Part shown: one piece after another, positions 1 through 12,132 of the stretch
How positions within the stretch are numbered: the first letter of the stretch is position 1
How the letters are laid out: each line of letters begins with the position of its first letter
Assembly (NCBI GenBank): GCA_050084985.1
Contig: JBITNC010000001.1
Location: 125,984,001-126,048,000 of the forward strand
Source of the DNA: Nageia nagi
Taxonomy: Eukaryota; Plantae; Pinophyta
Direction: 5' to 3'
DNA: 64,000 nucleotides
Program-made: the position numbers and the translations under genes
Notes under the pieces: model-generated
What the model saw: only the letters and a program-made list of their open reading frames with translations
Database searches by the model: none
Told to the model about the DNA's origin: nothing

Positions 1-1244
1 CAAATTTGTTAACTCTATCACTTAGTCTTTATGGTAGTTATGGCTATGGATCCTCAATATTTTTTTGTTAACTTGTTTAAAAAATATCATTCATTTATTT
101 TATCCTTTTTCATGATCCAACATTTGAGATTATGTATGATATTTCATGATCTCACTAATTTTTCTTTAAAAGAAATAGATCCCTTACTAATGATTTTTAC
201 TTGGTTATTGTCACCAAACTAGACCTTGCCAAAGATATTCTTCTCAAGTGGGGTGACCAAATTTTTACTTTGTTTATGATCAAATTTTTTACTAGTGCTT
301 CAATCATATGCATCAAGAACATATTACCACACTCTTTAATGTAGTTGGAAGACTATTGATTCTTCTAGAAGTAAATTTCTCTATTTGATTATCTTTTCCA
401 TAGTGATGATAATGTTGGGGGGATGAGTTTTAGATTATATTAGATGATCTACCCCTTCCTCTACCATTTCCATGTCTTCCATAACCTCTATCATGATTTG
501 AATCACCATGGCCTCATGAAGAATATTTTATGTAAGAGGAAGGAAAAGGTTGGTCATTGAATTTGATCTTTCCTTGGAAAGCTTAGTCTAATTTATAAGA
601 TTTATCTTCATTTAGTGCTCATATGTATGCAAACTACAAGTAACTCTGTAATAATTAGATACCATAAAACTTAAGAATCCTCTATGGTTATGGTGATGGG
701 ATCAAAATTCTTGGAAGGCATTGTAGCACTTTATCCATGATCCTTGTATCATTTAGTGAGTCACCATTTGAATGAAAAGAATTTACCAAATATTAAACTC
801 TATTAATGAATACATCAATGGTACCATCATCATAAAATTATTTATGTAAGAGCTATACTTTAGAAACTCTAACCTTATAAGAACCCTTGTTAGAACTCTT
901 AAGAATCACCCATGCTTCCTTTAAAAACTTGCATTGTACAATCTTGGGGAAGATAGACACATATATCATACTCTTTATGGTGAATATGGATTTTATATCC
1001 TTATTAAAAGTCTCCAAAAGTTCCTTCTACTCATGTACTAAAAGTGCAATAAGGGTTGTAACATCAAGTTCAACATAGCCTTGAGAGATAAGACTTCAAA
1101 GGTATTGCAAGATGAAAAACATTGTTATCTAATACTATAATGTTTTAAGTACTCACCATTAAAAATAGGAATAATGAGAAATGTAATGTACTTACTTTTT
1201 TTAATGATATTTTAGCCCTTTGGAAGGAAAAGGCTTTGATACCA
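1..1244 (-). mobile_element. Degenerate Ty1/Copia retrotransposon remnant (PBS, gag, part of pol)
   Basis: GCTTTGATACCA at 1233-1244 is the reverse complement of a tRNA-iMet PBS. The minus strand near 1150-1172 reads IPIFNGE (Copia gag N-terminus). 1-115 reads like an IN-RT linker (EDP*P*LP*RLSDRVNKF). Many stops. Confidence 0.6.
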
Positions 1245-1299
1245 ATTAATGATTTTTATGAATATGAGGCTAGCAACTATCAAAATATACTTAAGGAAT

Positions 1300-2640
1300 T
1301 TACTAAATTCATCAAACTAACCTTGAATAAAAATGCCTACTGATATATATGGTTAAAAAGGTACTAAAGAGACATTTTGAATAAGGGATCATATATTCAA
1401 TATGATCTTTAGATATCTATTGATTTTCTTATAAAGTTAAGGATCACCAAGATAATCTTGAAATAGAATGGTTGCGAAGATGGGTAGTTTTGCCCAAGCT
1501 TGCCAATAACAAAGTATCGAAATGTTAAATATCATTAGAGATGTGGTGAAGCATACTTTCTAAACCAAGTGGAATTAACTCAAAAGGATTTTCCAATCTT
1601 TGGTACTTCTAAGCAAAGTGCAACAAATTGTTATTTATGTAGTAATAGGATTGAACAAATAGAGAAAAAATATAGGCTATAAGTTTGGAAATCATGAAGA
1701 AAAGATGGTCATGTTAATATATGGAAAGAATTGGAAGGAAATATAATTTCAAACTATTTATGGCTCAATATTAATAGAGAATTTATACTATGGTAAATAT
1801 GGATTGATAGTTTTTAATTCACTGAATATACAAAATGGTTGCATAATAATATAGTAGAAAATTACTTTCTATGGTGATTTTATCCATACAAAGTATGGTG
1901 TATCTTATATTATTTGAAATTTATCTTAAAGGGCCATATTGAAAAAAGGAATTATATAAAGAGGAAGTCTAAAACAAAAAGTTAAATCCTCTACTTGAAT
2001 ATTGATTTGCTACAATCTTTACTAGGAAGAAAGATACTAAAGTAGTTATCTCTCAAATGAGAGCTTAAAATAAAACTTTAAGAAGTACCCACCAACCTAA
2101 AATGCCATTAAAATGGTGAAAATCAATTGATATTATCTTTAAAACCAAAATATATCATGCTTGAGTAATGTTCAAGCATTATACACCCACTAAAATTGAA
2201 GAGGCAAAATACAAGTTATAACGCAATTTCTTCTCTATTGCTATTGGAAAATATGCATAAAATGATACAAAATAATCTAGATTTGAATAGGATAACGTCC
2301 CTATATAAATCATGAAAGAAAATATGGATTAGGAAATACTTCAAAGTACTAATAAAAATAAATGGTTCACTAGGAAAAGTTAAAGAAAGAGTGTGGGCAA
2401 CCATTCTTATAGTACTAAATTAAATTGGAATAAGCAAAATCAAATTTGTGAGAAATAAATGCTCTTATATACTCCTACAACACATTAATGGTGGACTTGC
2501 ATGTGCATGAGTGTAGTTGAGCAAGTTTCATGAGTTAGAGGAGTATCGAAGACAACAAGTTCCTATGATGTTGTCACAAAAATATTTGTCACCAAACCAT
2601 TAAAAATTGATTTCTTTCAATATCATCCTTAAAGTCTATA
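1300..2640 (+). mobile_element. Highly degenerate, internally deleted Copia pol remnant
   Basis: Scattered motif traces on the plus strand: WIDS (protease-like, ~1800), PTKIEEA (~2187), NGSLGKVKERVWA (resembles RT DGSxxRYKARLVA, ~2360), and a TKPL-like RNase H end (~2590). Confidence 0.45.
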
Positions 2641-2869
2641 TATAGTATTGGTGACCTACTCGTGACCTACTTCAATGTGATCATAGCTTGATATTTTATA
2701 TTTTGTAAGTGTTTTATTTTCTTTATTCTTCTATTGCTTTTTATTTTATTTTTATATTTTCATACTCCATGTACATATGGTCAAGTATACTTCCTTACTC
2801 ACCATCTTTTCATAAACTCATGCAATGAAAAATCAATAAGTATGCTAAATTATAATCAACATTTTTGGA

Positions 2870-3485
2870 ATAAAGATGTTTTAAGATATTAATTTTTGCT
2901 ACATCCTTGATGTTCAATAACTTTGTAACTTTTACCCAATTTTGATGAATTCATAAACAAAACAATTTTTACTTTTCTTTAACTTCTACAAATCACCTAA
3001 CTTTGTTTTTGGTTTGTTGGACATTCTTTATCTTTCCTGAAATGAATTTATCAATGTCTTGAATTTATTAATGCTTCTATTAGCTAAATATTAATTTCAT
3101 TTAAATGCATCTCCAAAAATATTGAACACAAAAACCTTGTCTAAGAAATCATTATCATATGAGTACCAAAAGGCCTCATTGTTGAGAACCAAAGATGAAT
3201 CATAAGATTATCCATTTAATTTAATTTATTAAACTAAATTTTATTTTTGTATTACACCTCTTTTATTAGTTTGTCATCCAAAATGGATTATGTTATTTAA
3301 TCTCTTCTTTTGAGTTATTTATTTTATCCAATTATTCAACCAATTTTGTTAGTTTTAATTGTTCTCTTTCAAATTTGTTAACTCTTCACTTAGCATTTTT
3401 GGTAGTTATGGCTATGGATCCTCAATGTTTATTTGTTAACTTGTTCAAGCTATATCATTCATTTATTTTATCCCTTTATCTGATC
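2870..3485 (-). mobile_element. Copia remnant of the same family as 1-1244
   Basis: 3370-3485 is a diverged direct copy of 1-115 (caaatttgttaactct...tggtagttatggctatggatcctcaat...tatcattcatttattttatcc) and continues into RT N-terminal-like sequence. Confidence 0.55.
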
Positions 3486-3489
3486 CTTT

Positions 3490-4430
3490 AGTGGTAAGTT
3501 TGTAAATATTAATATTCATAAAAATCTTTCAATATTCAAATCACTAAGGAGATCATATATAAAATCATATTTTTTACAAGAAGAAGATTTATTTAATTAT
3601 ATCACCAAGAATATTTTTGTAAAAATTAAATTTGAAACTCATATTCATTTAATACCTTCAATATATTCATCATTCAAGGTTTCTTACATTACCTTATCGA
3701 TCATAGTTTTTTTAAATCTTTTATTTTTTTAATCATGAATCTCTTTCTTATTAGATTCTTATTAATTAATCTCTTTTAGGTAGATTAACTGCTTAATCAT
3801 TTTCAAATCCAACATCAATTATGTCTTCTTCATTACAATATTCTTCCTCTTTGGAATATTTAAATCTAATTTGTCTTTATTGAGATGAATTTCCTCTCTA
3901 ATATTTTATTCATTCAACTTCTTTATTTGTGATATGTTCGCATATAGATATTGATGCATCTAATTTTATTTTATCACCAAAATCTAAAGTCTAAATTAAA
4001 TAGTAGGACCATCAAACTTATACTAACATGAAGCTTACATGATATGTTATTGCATATAAAAATTTAATCATCTCAATGCAACATCATATGAAAATATAAT
4101 ATATCATCAACAAATGCATGGCATTTGTGAAGAATGCATAAAATTATTATCTTCTACATATTTATATTTTGTAAGATATTTCTCTTATGGTACCTTTTAA
4201 AGGAAATTTGGATCTAGATAATGTAAGATTCAAATAAATACTAGTAAATAAGCTTATTTGACCAAGTCCTTAGAATCCCATACCTATAAATATAACTTTT
4301 TTTAAGAGTCTCCTTCAAATTCCAATCCAAAATATGTAAATTCCTAAGATTTTGCTTTTGTATACTTTTCCCTAACCTTACAAAATTCAATTTTCATGGT
4401 TTTATAGAGTATGGGTATTCTTTATCTAAA
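3490..4430 (-). mobile_element. Possible LINE ORF2 remnant
   Basis: Weak coding traces on the minus strand resembling the EN-RT linker of plant L1 elements; heavily decayed. Confidence 0.25.
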
Positions 4431-6429
4431 TTTGGAATAGCTTACTTAACTCAATCTTCTAAATCCTTGAAATCCAAATAAATCAAAAATATCAAATTAT
4501 ACTAATAAGAGTAAAAGTATAAAAATTAAAATACATTATTAACTTTTTTCAAAATACATGATTAATAAATACATATAATAAGATATAATAATAAAATGAC
4601 TTATATATGATGCAAATTTTATTGTGATTTACTTATTAACAATATTGTTTACATTCCACATATATCTTGTCAAATCATATAGTATGTTGTTACATTTATG
4701 TAGGAACATAAAAATATTTTTTTATTTATTCTAAAATTATATATTGTATCCAATATAAATATTATTTATGTAAATCTCAAGGATGAGTATGTTAATTGTT
4801 TACTAGTTATATGCTAATTAAAGCTAATTGTTATTAACCTTAATATTATCTATAATTATTTTCACATTATTATTAATATTATCTATAATTATTTTCATTT
4901 TCTTTTCAATGAATAAAAGGAGGAGCAAGGCTTGGCATTCCCTATCAAATCTAATCCTAATAGATTAACATTGAGATCACATGAAATATATCTCTCTTGG
5001 TAATGATCATTACCACCTATCATACTTTAGATCTATTAATATCTCATACTATCTTATGCTTTCTATTCTATATACTTCATATGAGTTGCTAAATACTAAA
5101 ACAACATTAATATTTTCATCTTATAATGATTAAAAAATAAATTCCAATTGCAGGGTAAGTTAAGCATGCAATTTAAGTGATGAAACACCAAGGACTTGTA
5201 TATTATGAATTGAATTACTTTCATCAGTGATCGAATGAAATCCTCTTTCTATTTAATATATATCATTTAAGTATTAACATGAAAAGTGGTGCACATACTC
5301 TATTGTTACTCATATTTATTAACCATCTAATGGTAATGTACCCCACTTTATTAATATTACATTTGTATAGATTTTTTTAATAATAATTATCCTAAAAGTT
5401 TTTAGATATATTTAGTTATAATTCATTTTCCATTTTTTAAAACATACAAGTAGTTAAAACTCTCAATAATTAGCCTATGAATTGATCATCCATAGGGTCT
5501 ATTTTTTTTTAACATTATTTACATGATTTCTTTATGCTACTCCTCCTAGATTAACTTATAACATAATTATGTAACTTTGCTTCTTTACCAAATGTAATGC
5601 TTTTTTATATATGCTTCTATATATTATGATGTTTATATACAAGTTTGTGTGATTCCTAAAATCAATAACCTTAGTATCCCTATTCTATTACATAAGGATC
5701 AATAGTATATAATTAGAGAATCCTTTGACATAATCTCTTAGGTTCATATGATTTATGCGAAATCCAAACTACAATATTTAGAGAATTATTTAATATCTTA
5801 CCTATCTCCCATCCTTTCTGGCCATTTAAAGGTTCATGATCTCTTTTATTATTTGATTTTTTCATATTTAAAGTACAAACATAACTTATTTTATTATTTA
5901 GATAAATTTTAGTTTACTCTAGTACTACATAGTTATCTATATATTATTTTCACCAAAATAACATTTCATTGTAGAAAAATTGGAATTTTTGAAGAGAAGA
6001 AATACATTCACTTTACTAATAATATTTTTCTATTTAGGAGGATCTTGACCATGAAATGGATTTGTATATATTTGTTATGATAAAATGCATCCAAATTCAT
6101 CACGAACGTTGATAATAACATATTTATATAGCTTATTAATCTCTATATGAACCTATTAAACATATCTCTAAAGTATAAAATCTATTCCATATCATATTCT
6201 AATAGTTTTGAAGCATAATTTCATTCAAATATCACCTTTGTATGGTAAACATTAATTCTATAACTCTACTTTTAAAAAATTCATATTTCTACAAGCATAA
6301 TTTATATTTACAAAATTTTATTTTTACATTATGTTCTCAAATTTCTTGTAAAAGAAATTACAAGGATTTGATCAAATTTATTAATATCTTTTTATTTGAT
6401 ATGTTTTGAATAGAATACTTTAATAACAA

Positions 6430-6940
6430 AAGTAAGATACTTAGTAAGTTTTATAAATAACATATCCAAAGCTTTATATGATATTAAAATTTTAAATTTA
6501 ATCATAACATAATATAAATACAAATGCTAAGTAATTAAACTCTATTAGTTAGATTATAATCAATTTTAAATTACATTTTAATTTACATAATGTAATCGAT
6601 TTTAACTCATAAAGGTTTGTATATTTCTATAATACTATTAATTTACTATTATATACAATGTCCAAAGCCAAAGGTTGATGTAAAAGTTGTTATTATTCAA
6701 ACTTATACATATTGATACTTACATTTGATTGTGTATTGAATTTAGTAACTATTTTCACTATGACTGTATATTATTTTAAAACTACTTAAACATCAAAATT
6801 ATGCTTAGATTGACTTTTCACCCTATCAACTTTTTAGGGTTAATTTTTATGTAAAATAAAAACCCCAAAACTTCAATACAAACATATCATCTTAGAAATA
6901 ACATGGGACACAATACATAACAATGAAAAATTAATACTGC
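6430..6940. repeat. Dispersed AT-rich repeat 'A', a diverged direct copy of 8780-9372
   Basis: Colinear matches, e.g. 6600 actcataaaggtttgtatatttctataatactattaatttactatt vs 8968 tctcataaaactttatatatttatgtaatgctattgatttactatt; 6810 ttgacttttcaccctatcaac vs 9186 ttgacttttcatcctaccaac. Confidence 0.75.
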
Positions 6941-7002
6941 CCTTAAGTCAACGCACATAATAATAAATTCTATCATGTTACTTTGGAAACCATATGGAGG
7001 AG

Positions 7003-7093
7003 TCTCCATCTTAAAGAAGGTTTAGAGACTTGACCACTGGACCTACAGGATGGAGATATCAACTCCACAGTCAGGTCACTCCCACAAGCCCCT
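7003..7093 (-). mobile_element. tRNA-derived SINE-like remnant
   Basis: Minus strand reads ggggcttgtgggagtgacc...aggtccagtggtcaagtctc, with a degenerate B-box (GGT-CAAGTC) and an internal stem TCTCCATC/GATGGAGA. Confidence 0.4.
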
Positions 7094-7134
7094 TAAACAT
7101 CCTATCGTTAAGGAGAGGTAACAATAACCTTACA

Positions 7135-7441
7135 ACTTTAATAATGTACGAATAAAATGATGGATGCTCTGAATAAAAGGGTATAAAATTTGACGTATCC
7201 ATCATATTTGATAGTTGGGAGGGTTCGCCTGCAACTCGTACCGTTGTGTGCTGACGAACTGTAGCTATCCTTTCAATGTATTCCCAACTGTAGTTCTCTA
7301 AATGGAAATAGAAATATATTTTAAGCTTACAGAGCGCATTCCGAGGAGCTTTCTATCTTGTCCATGTTGGCATACCTGGATGTTTCGTCAAACAGGCTTT
7401 TTGGAGCCATACTTAGTGGAACTCAATTTGGTACGTTCAAC
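7135..7441 (+). pseudogene. Inverted, internally deleted relic of the LRR-RLP family (promoter pieces plus 3' CDS fragment)
   Basis: 7326-7441 encodes LTERI/EELSILSMLAYLDVSSNRLFGAILSGTQFGTFN (one frameshift), nearly identical to the last LRR of the 9475-12132 gene but on the opposite strand. 7135-7283 matches the reverse complement of the RLP promoter at ~36570-36700. Confidence 0.85.
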
Positions 7442-8060
7442 ATGACACAAATCATGAAAACAAAAAGAATTTATAACTAAAAAGAAAACAAATTCGTAGA
7501 CGGCAAAGCGACCCAACGTCACAAATTCGGCCACAAAATTTGTCTGGGTCCTATGCTATCTCAAAAAAAATGGGTACAATAAGTGGACCCAAAACTTAGT
7601 TTTTGAAAACCCGGGACTACTCGTAACCATACAAATGGAGTGCCACATCACATCCTATACAAATCCTAGCTGTTTATATCGATTTTTATTTCATCAATTC
7701 TGTTAGCCTTTCTACGTTATGTTTGGCTCTCCACTGCCCCTCTCTTTCTCTGACACTTGCGCCACTTGCTGTATTCTCCGATTCTGGAGACCAACCATGG
7801 ATAGACACCTCAATTTCTCATTTCAATTCCAATCCAGATCAGGATTAATACATTGGTTTCATTACAGGTGAGCCCACCTGCTCCTCTTAAAACAGCATGT
7901 CTTTTTTCAAAAATAGCGGCGATGATAATACTTTTGTGGTGTATCTTCTTTTTTGATGGGTTGGTGGCGAATTTCAACAGTTTCCGGCTTTTTTAACCAG
8001 GGTAAATCACTGCAAAAACCCCTCCATCATACCATCAAACCCTTGGAAACTTCAGACCCT

Positions 8061-8459
8061 TCTTGTAAAGTCTTAATAAATATTAATATGACTATTTTTA
8101 CAGAATTTTCAAGAGGATTGATATGTTAGGATCTCCTATTCTAATGTTAAATTAGGTTTAATTATGTTAGTAGTTAATTTAATTATTAGCTTCTATTCAA
8201 TTTTGATGTAAACTGTCACATTTTTGTAAGGTGAATCTTCATTTTAAATTAAACAACTAAATTAAGGTTAGGTAGAAGGACTATAAATAATTATAAGAGG
8301 GGTAAAGAGATCATATTGGAAAATCTATTTGAGTTGTAAGATGAAAATCTATTAAAGTTACTCTTTAGCTATTTTGTTATCAATATGAAGCATTTTATTT
8401 TATCTGTATGTGTCCGATTTGTTATCAATATGAAGAGATAATTGTGATGGACCTTCACA
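8061..8459. mobile_element. Solo LTR with 5-bp TSD
   Basis: Flanked by ACCCT at 8056-8060 and 8460-8464; ends in ...CCTTCACA; internal TATA box (ctataaata, 8281). Start is TCTTGTAAAG (TG degenerate). Confidence 0.65.
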
Positions 8460-8779
8460 ACCCTTCCCATCCAAACCCATTCTAGAAGAAAGTTATGAAA
8501 ATGCCTAAACCATTCTAAAATAATAGGATGTTCCCAAAGATATGCAATATTTGGGATTGGAAGACTTCATATGCTTTAGAAAAGGTGGTAGTCGTTAGAT
8601 GGTTATATACAATCTAGATCTAAATAAGTGGAATTGGCTTCCAATATAATCTTTTTTGCAGTAGTTTGGATTACTTATATAAACATAGTAGAATTTGATC
8701 AAAATGATTAAAATCTTTGTGTTTGTTAGCCTTTAAATGGAATGTCCTAATAAACACCATGAACTTATGAGATTTAACA

Positions 8780-9372
8780 TAGTTAACAAGTTTTGTGAAT
8801 AATATGTACAAACATGTATAATCTTAAAAGTTTAAATTTATTCAACAAGATAATACATATACAAATATTAGATTTAAATCAATTTTCTCTCATCTCTAAA
8901 TTAAAAACAATTTTATATTACAAATTAAAAGTAATTACTTACAATTTACATAATATAATTATTTAAATCTCATAAAACTTTATATATTTATGTAATGCTA
9001 TTGATTTACTATTGTATGCAAAATGCAAACTAAACATTAAACTAAAATTTCTCAGTATTTAAACTTACACATATAATCACTTAAATTTTGTATGGTACTA
9101 AATTTAGTATCTTATTTAACTATGTATATATATTATCTTCAAAGTAATTATTGTATACTAATTTTCAAGTTCAAATAATATTAAATTGACTTTTCATCCT
9201 ACCAACGCTTTAGACCCACCTTTTATGTAAGATAGAGGCCCATGACTTCGACTAAATAATTGATCAACTATATAAAACAGATATTGATGACTAAAAGTTT
9301 TAATATAAGCGTCCCATCTGAAAAACTACATACGCGTGATAACATACATAAAAAAGAAAAATTAATGTGTTC
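8780..9372. repeat. Dispersed repeat 'A' copy just downstream of RLP1
   Basis: Direct copy of 6430-6940; its reverse complement matches 36787-36920, 57660-57780 and 59095-59243. Confidence 0.7.
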
Positions 9373-9474
9373 AAACAAACTGAAAAGTTGCCAACTTAAC
9401 TTTTGAAAATTTTAGCCATGAAAATTGATGGTTCATCTAATCCAGCAAGCTATGATTTGAAATGACTAACAACT

Positions 9475-12132
9475 TCACTTTTGAAATCGGTAAAGTCCAC
9501 TAGAGCGTGGGACTTCGGAGCCTAGCACCATAGTTCGTAGTCTGTCCCATCCACTAATGACAGAGATTGTCACACCAAATCCAATCCCAAATCCTAATGC
9601 AAGACCAATCACTGACATGCTTTCATCCACGCTCTCCCATACTGACCTCCGTGACTCCTCCACAATACGAGCCTTTGCTGGTTTCTGGTTGTTCTCTTTA
9701 CATCTGGGTAAAGGGCGTCCGCATAGACCCTGATTATCCTTGAATGCACTCTTGTTGAACGTGCCAAATTGAGTTCCACTGGGTATGGCTCCAAAAAGCC
9801 TGTTTGATGAAACATCCAAGTATGCCAACTTGGACAAGGCAGAAAGCTCCTCGGGAATACGCTCTGTAAGCTTATTGTGAGACAAATCCAACTGCTCCAA
9901 AGTGGAAATCCATCCAATGGATGGCGGTATCTTCCCTTCTAATTGGTTTCTTGAAAGATTTAGCAAGCGCAGGCTGCTAAGGCTTCCTATGCTTGCCGGT
10001 ATTTCACCTGTGAGATCATTGCAGGACAAGTCAAGTATGGTGTTTGCTGCCATAACATAATCAATACCGTACTCCTTACCTTTGATAATAACTCTCACAT
10101 CCTCATAGAGGGTGTTACCACTGAGTCGGGGATCTCCAAGGATTCCAAACCCACTAAGACGCTCCAGATGATCGGATATTCTTCCTCGTAATCTATTGTT
10201 GGACAAATCCAGCACTTGTAGGTGGGTGAGGTTGGTAATCCATGGAGGAATACTGCCTCGAAGCATATTCTTCCCTACAATTAAAACTCTCAAATCCTTA
10301 AAATATGCCAGGTACGAAGGAAGCTCACCTGTCAATCTATTGTTTCTCAAATCCAAAAGCTGGATCTGTGTACAATTGGCCAAGGAGGTGGGAAGATTCC
10401 CAGACAAATAATTACAATGAGCAGAAAAAACTTCCAGAGAAGAGGGAAAACTTATATCTCTGAGACTTCCGTTCAATGAATTGTTGGACAGCTTTAGCTT
10501 CTTCAGAGAACTACATTTGCCGAGTGAAGCTGGAATTCTGCCTGACAAACGATTATTTTTGAGTATCAAATCTGTCAAACGCTTACAGCTGCCTATCGAT
10601 TCTGGAATCTTTCCATTGAGCATGTTCTGGGACAAAACTAACTTTTTCAGTTCAGTGCATTTACCAATATCCTCAGGAATGCTTCCGGTCAACTTGTTAT
10701 CTGAGATGTCCAAATACTGCAAGGAGGCCAGACCGCCAATGGCTTTTGGAATAATCCCAGATATATTGTTGCCCAAGAGCAAAAGCCAACTAAGATTTTT
10801 GAGTCCACCTATACTTTGTGGTATTGGTCCACTCAATCTATTAACGTGCAAACTCAAGTTCTGCATGTTCTGGAGATTCCCTATGTCCTCGGGAATTGAA
10901 CCTACCAAATTGTTATGGGCAAGATAAAGTGCCTCGAGCTTGCTCAAGTTACCTATACTTTCGGGTATGGTACCCGTTAGTCTGTTGACGCAAAAATTCA
11001 AAGAAGTTAACTCTGTGAGCCTTCCCATATCCCTCGGAATGATTCCAGTGAAATTGTTTAGGGCAAGATCTAGGTGGCGAAGCTTGGTCAAATTCATCAA
11101 GATTTCATTTGGTAGCCTCGCTTCAATACTATTATTGTATAAAGAAAGAATGGAAATGGGAAGGTGGGAAATACTTGTAGGGAGCAACCCTTTAACTCTG
11201 TTAGATGACAAGTCCAGCAAATGGAGATTGCTACAATTACCAATTTCAGCTGGAACAGATCCTGCAAGATTCCCGGGACCATGGAGGGATAACACAAATA
11301 GCTGTTTTAATTTTCCTAATTCAGGAGGTATTTTTCCATACAATAAGTTTTCTCCAAGAACTAATTCTTGGAGGGAAGAACAATTACCAATTGCTGAAGG
11401 GATTTGGCTTTCTAACCGGTTCGATTGAAGATGGAGATGCTTGAGTTTGTCAAGCCTACCAAATTCGGATGGAATGCTTCCTGTCAAGCTGTTGTGACCA
11501 AGTGATATGAAATTCAATTCAGAACAATTAGCTAGACAAGGAGGAATACTCCCACTCAAGTTGTTCAATGAAAGTCTGACCCACTGAAGATGTTTGCAAT
11601 TAGCTAGAGATTTGGGTATATGACCCATAAGTAGGTTCTTCTTGAGGTTCAACACCCTCAATGCTTTGAGCTGTCCCAACTGTGGTGGAATATTTCCTGT
11701 GAAATAATTGAAGGAGAGATCCAAAGTGTGCAGTAAGGATAAATCTCCCAAAGAAGGAGAAATTGTACCTTGCAATTGGAGATCGGGGAGGATGATGGCA
11801 ACCACTCTTTTAGTATGTTTTCTGCACCAAACACCCTTCCACGAGCACACCTCATTCGAATTGTTTGCAGTCCAAGTGGAGAGAGCTTGCTGTGGATCCG
11901 ACTTAATGGTGTTTCGGAAGGACAGGAGAGCTTCAATATCTCTCGTCTCGCCCGAACTGTCTTCTGAAATCAGCATACCCTCATTTTGGATAGAAAAGCT
12001 TCCAAAATATGTAGGGTTCGCAGTGTTGGTATCAGTTATTGCAAACGCCATAGGATAAGCTAAGCCCAGAAACATCATCATTATTAACACACCACCCATT
12101 TCCCTCCTTGCCATTTTAAGATGTGGAAACAT
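9475..12132 (-). CDS. Leucine-rich repeat receptor-like protein (Cf-type RLP, no kinase), intact, 885 aa (RLP1)
   Basis: Intronless ORF with hydrophobic N-terminus, LRRNT cap (CSWKGVWC), more than 20 plant extracellular LRRs (LxxLxLSxNxLxGxIP), island domain (...YEDVRVIIKGKEYGIDYV...), 4 terminal LRRs, GLCGRPLPRC C-cap, GxxxG TM helix (VIGLALGFGIGFGVTISVI) and a short cytoplasmic tail. Confidence 0.95.
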   Translation of the reverse strand: MFPHLKMARREMGGVLIMMMFLGLAYPMAFAITDTNTANPTYFGSFSIQNEGMLISEDSSGETRDIEALLSFRNTIKSDPQQALSTWTANNSNEVCSWKGVWCRKHTKRVVAIILPDLQLQGTISPSLGDLSLLHTLDLSFNYFTGNIPPQLGQLKALRVLNLKKNLLMGHIPKSLANCKHLQWVRLSLNNLSGSIPPCLANCSELNFISLGHNSLTGSIPSEFGRLDKLKHLHLQSNRLESQIPSAIGNCSSLQELVLGENLLYGKIPPELGKLKQLFVLSLHGPGNLAGSVPAEIGNCSNLHLLDLSSNRVKGLLPTSISHLPISILSLYNNSIEARLPNEILMNLTKLRHLDLALNNFTGIIPRDMGRLTELTSLNFCVNRLTGTIPESIGNLSKLEALYLAHNNLVGSIPEDIGNLQNMQNLSLHVNRLSGPIPQSIGGLKNLSWLLLLGNNISGIIPKAIGGLASLQYLDISDNKLTGSIPEDIGKCTELKKLVLSQNMLNGKIPESIGSCKRLTDLILKNNRLSGRIPASLGKCSSLKKLKLSNNSLNGSLRDISFPSSLEVFSAHCNYLSGNLPTSLANCTQIQLLDLRNNRLTGELPSYLAYFKDLRVLIVGKNMLRGSIPPWITNLTHLQVLDLSNNRLRGRISDHLERLSGFGILGDPRLSGNTLYEDVRVIIKGKEYGIDYVMAANTILDLSCNDLTGEIPASIGSLSSLRLLNLSRNQLEGKIPPSIGWISTLEQLDLSHNKLTERIPEELSALSKLAYLDVSSNRLFGAIPSGTQFGTFNKSAFKDNQGLCGRPLPRCKENNQKPAKARIVEESRRSVWESVDESMSVIGLALGFGIGFGVTISVISGWDRLRTMVLGSEVPRSSGLYRFQK

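Noticed and set aside
31-2404. Short 60-70 aa ORFs in AT-rich intergenic and TE DNA (also 16375, 24076, 28040, 33849, 58867, 60529, 62836)
   Set aside because: Low-complexity F/I/L-rich translations with no recognisable domains; mostly off-frame TE remnants.
7790-8700. LINE ORF1-like traces around the solo LTR
   Set aside because: Similarity is too weak to support by eye.
9000-9475. Kinase exon that would make RLP1 a receptor kinase
   Set aside because: The ORF ends shortly after the TM helix and no kinase motifs are seen downstream.
10196-12058. Plus-strand and alternative-frame ORFs overlapping RLP1 (and likewise RLP2 and RLP3)
   Set aside because: Antisense or shadow frames of LRR coding sequence; they recur between paralogues only because the DNA is homologous.
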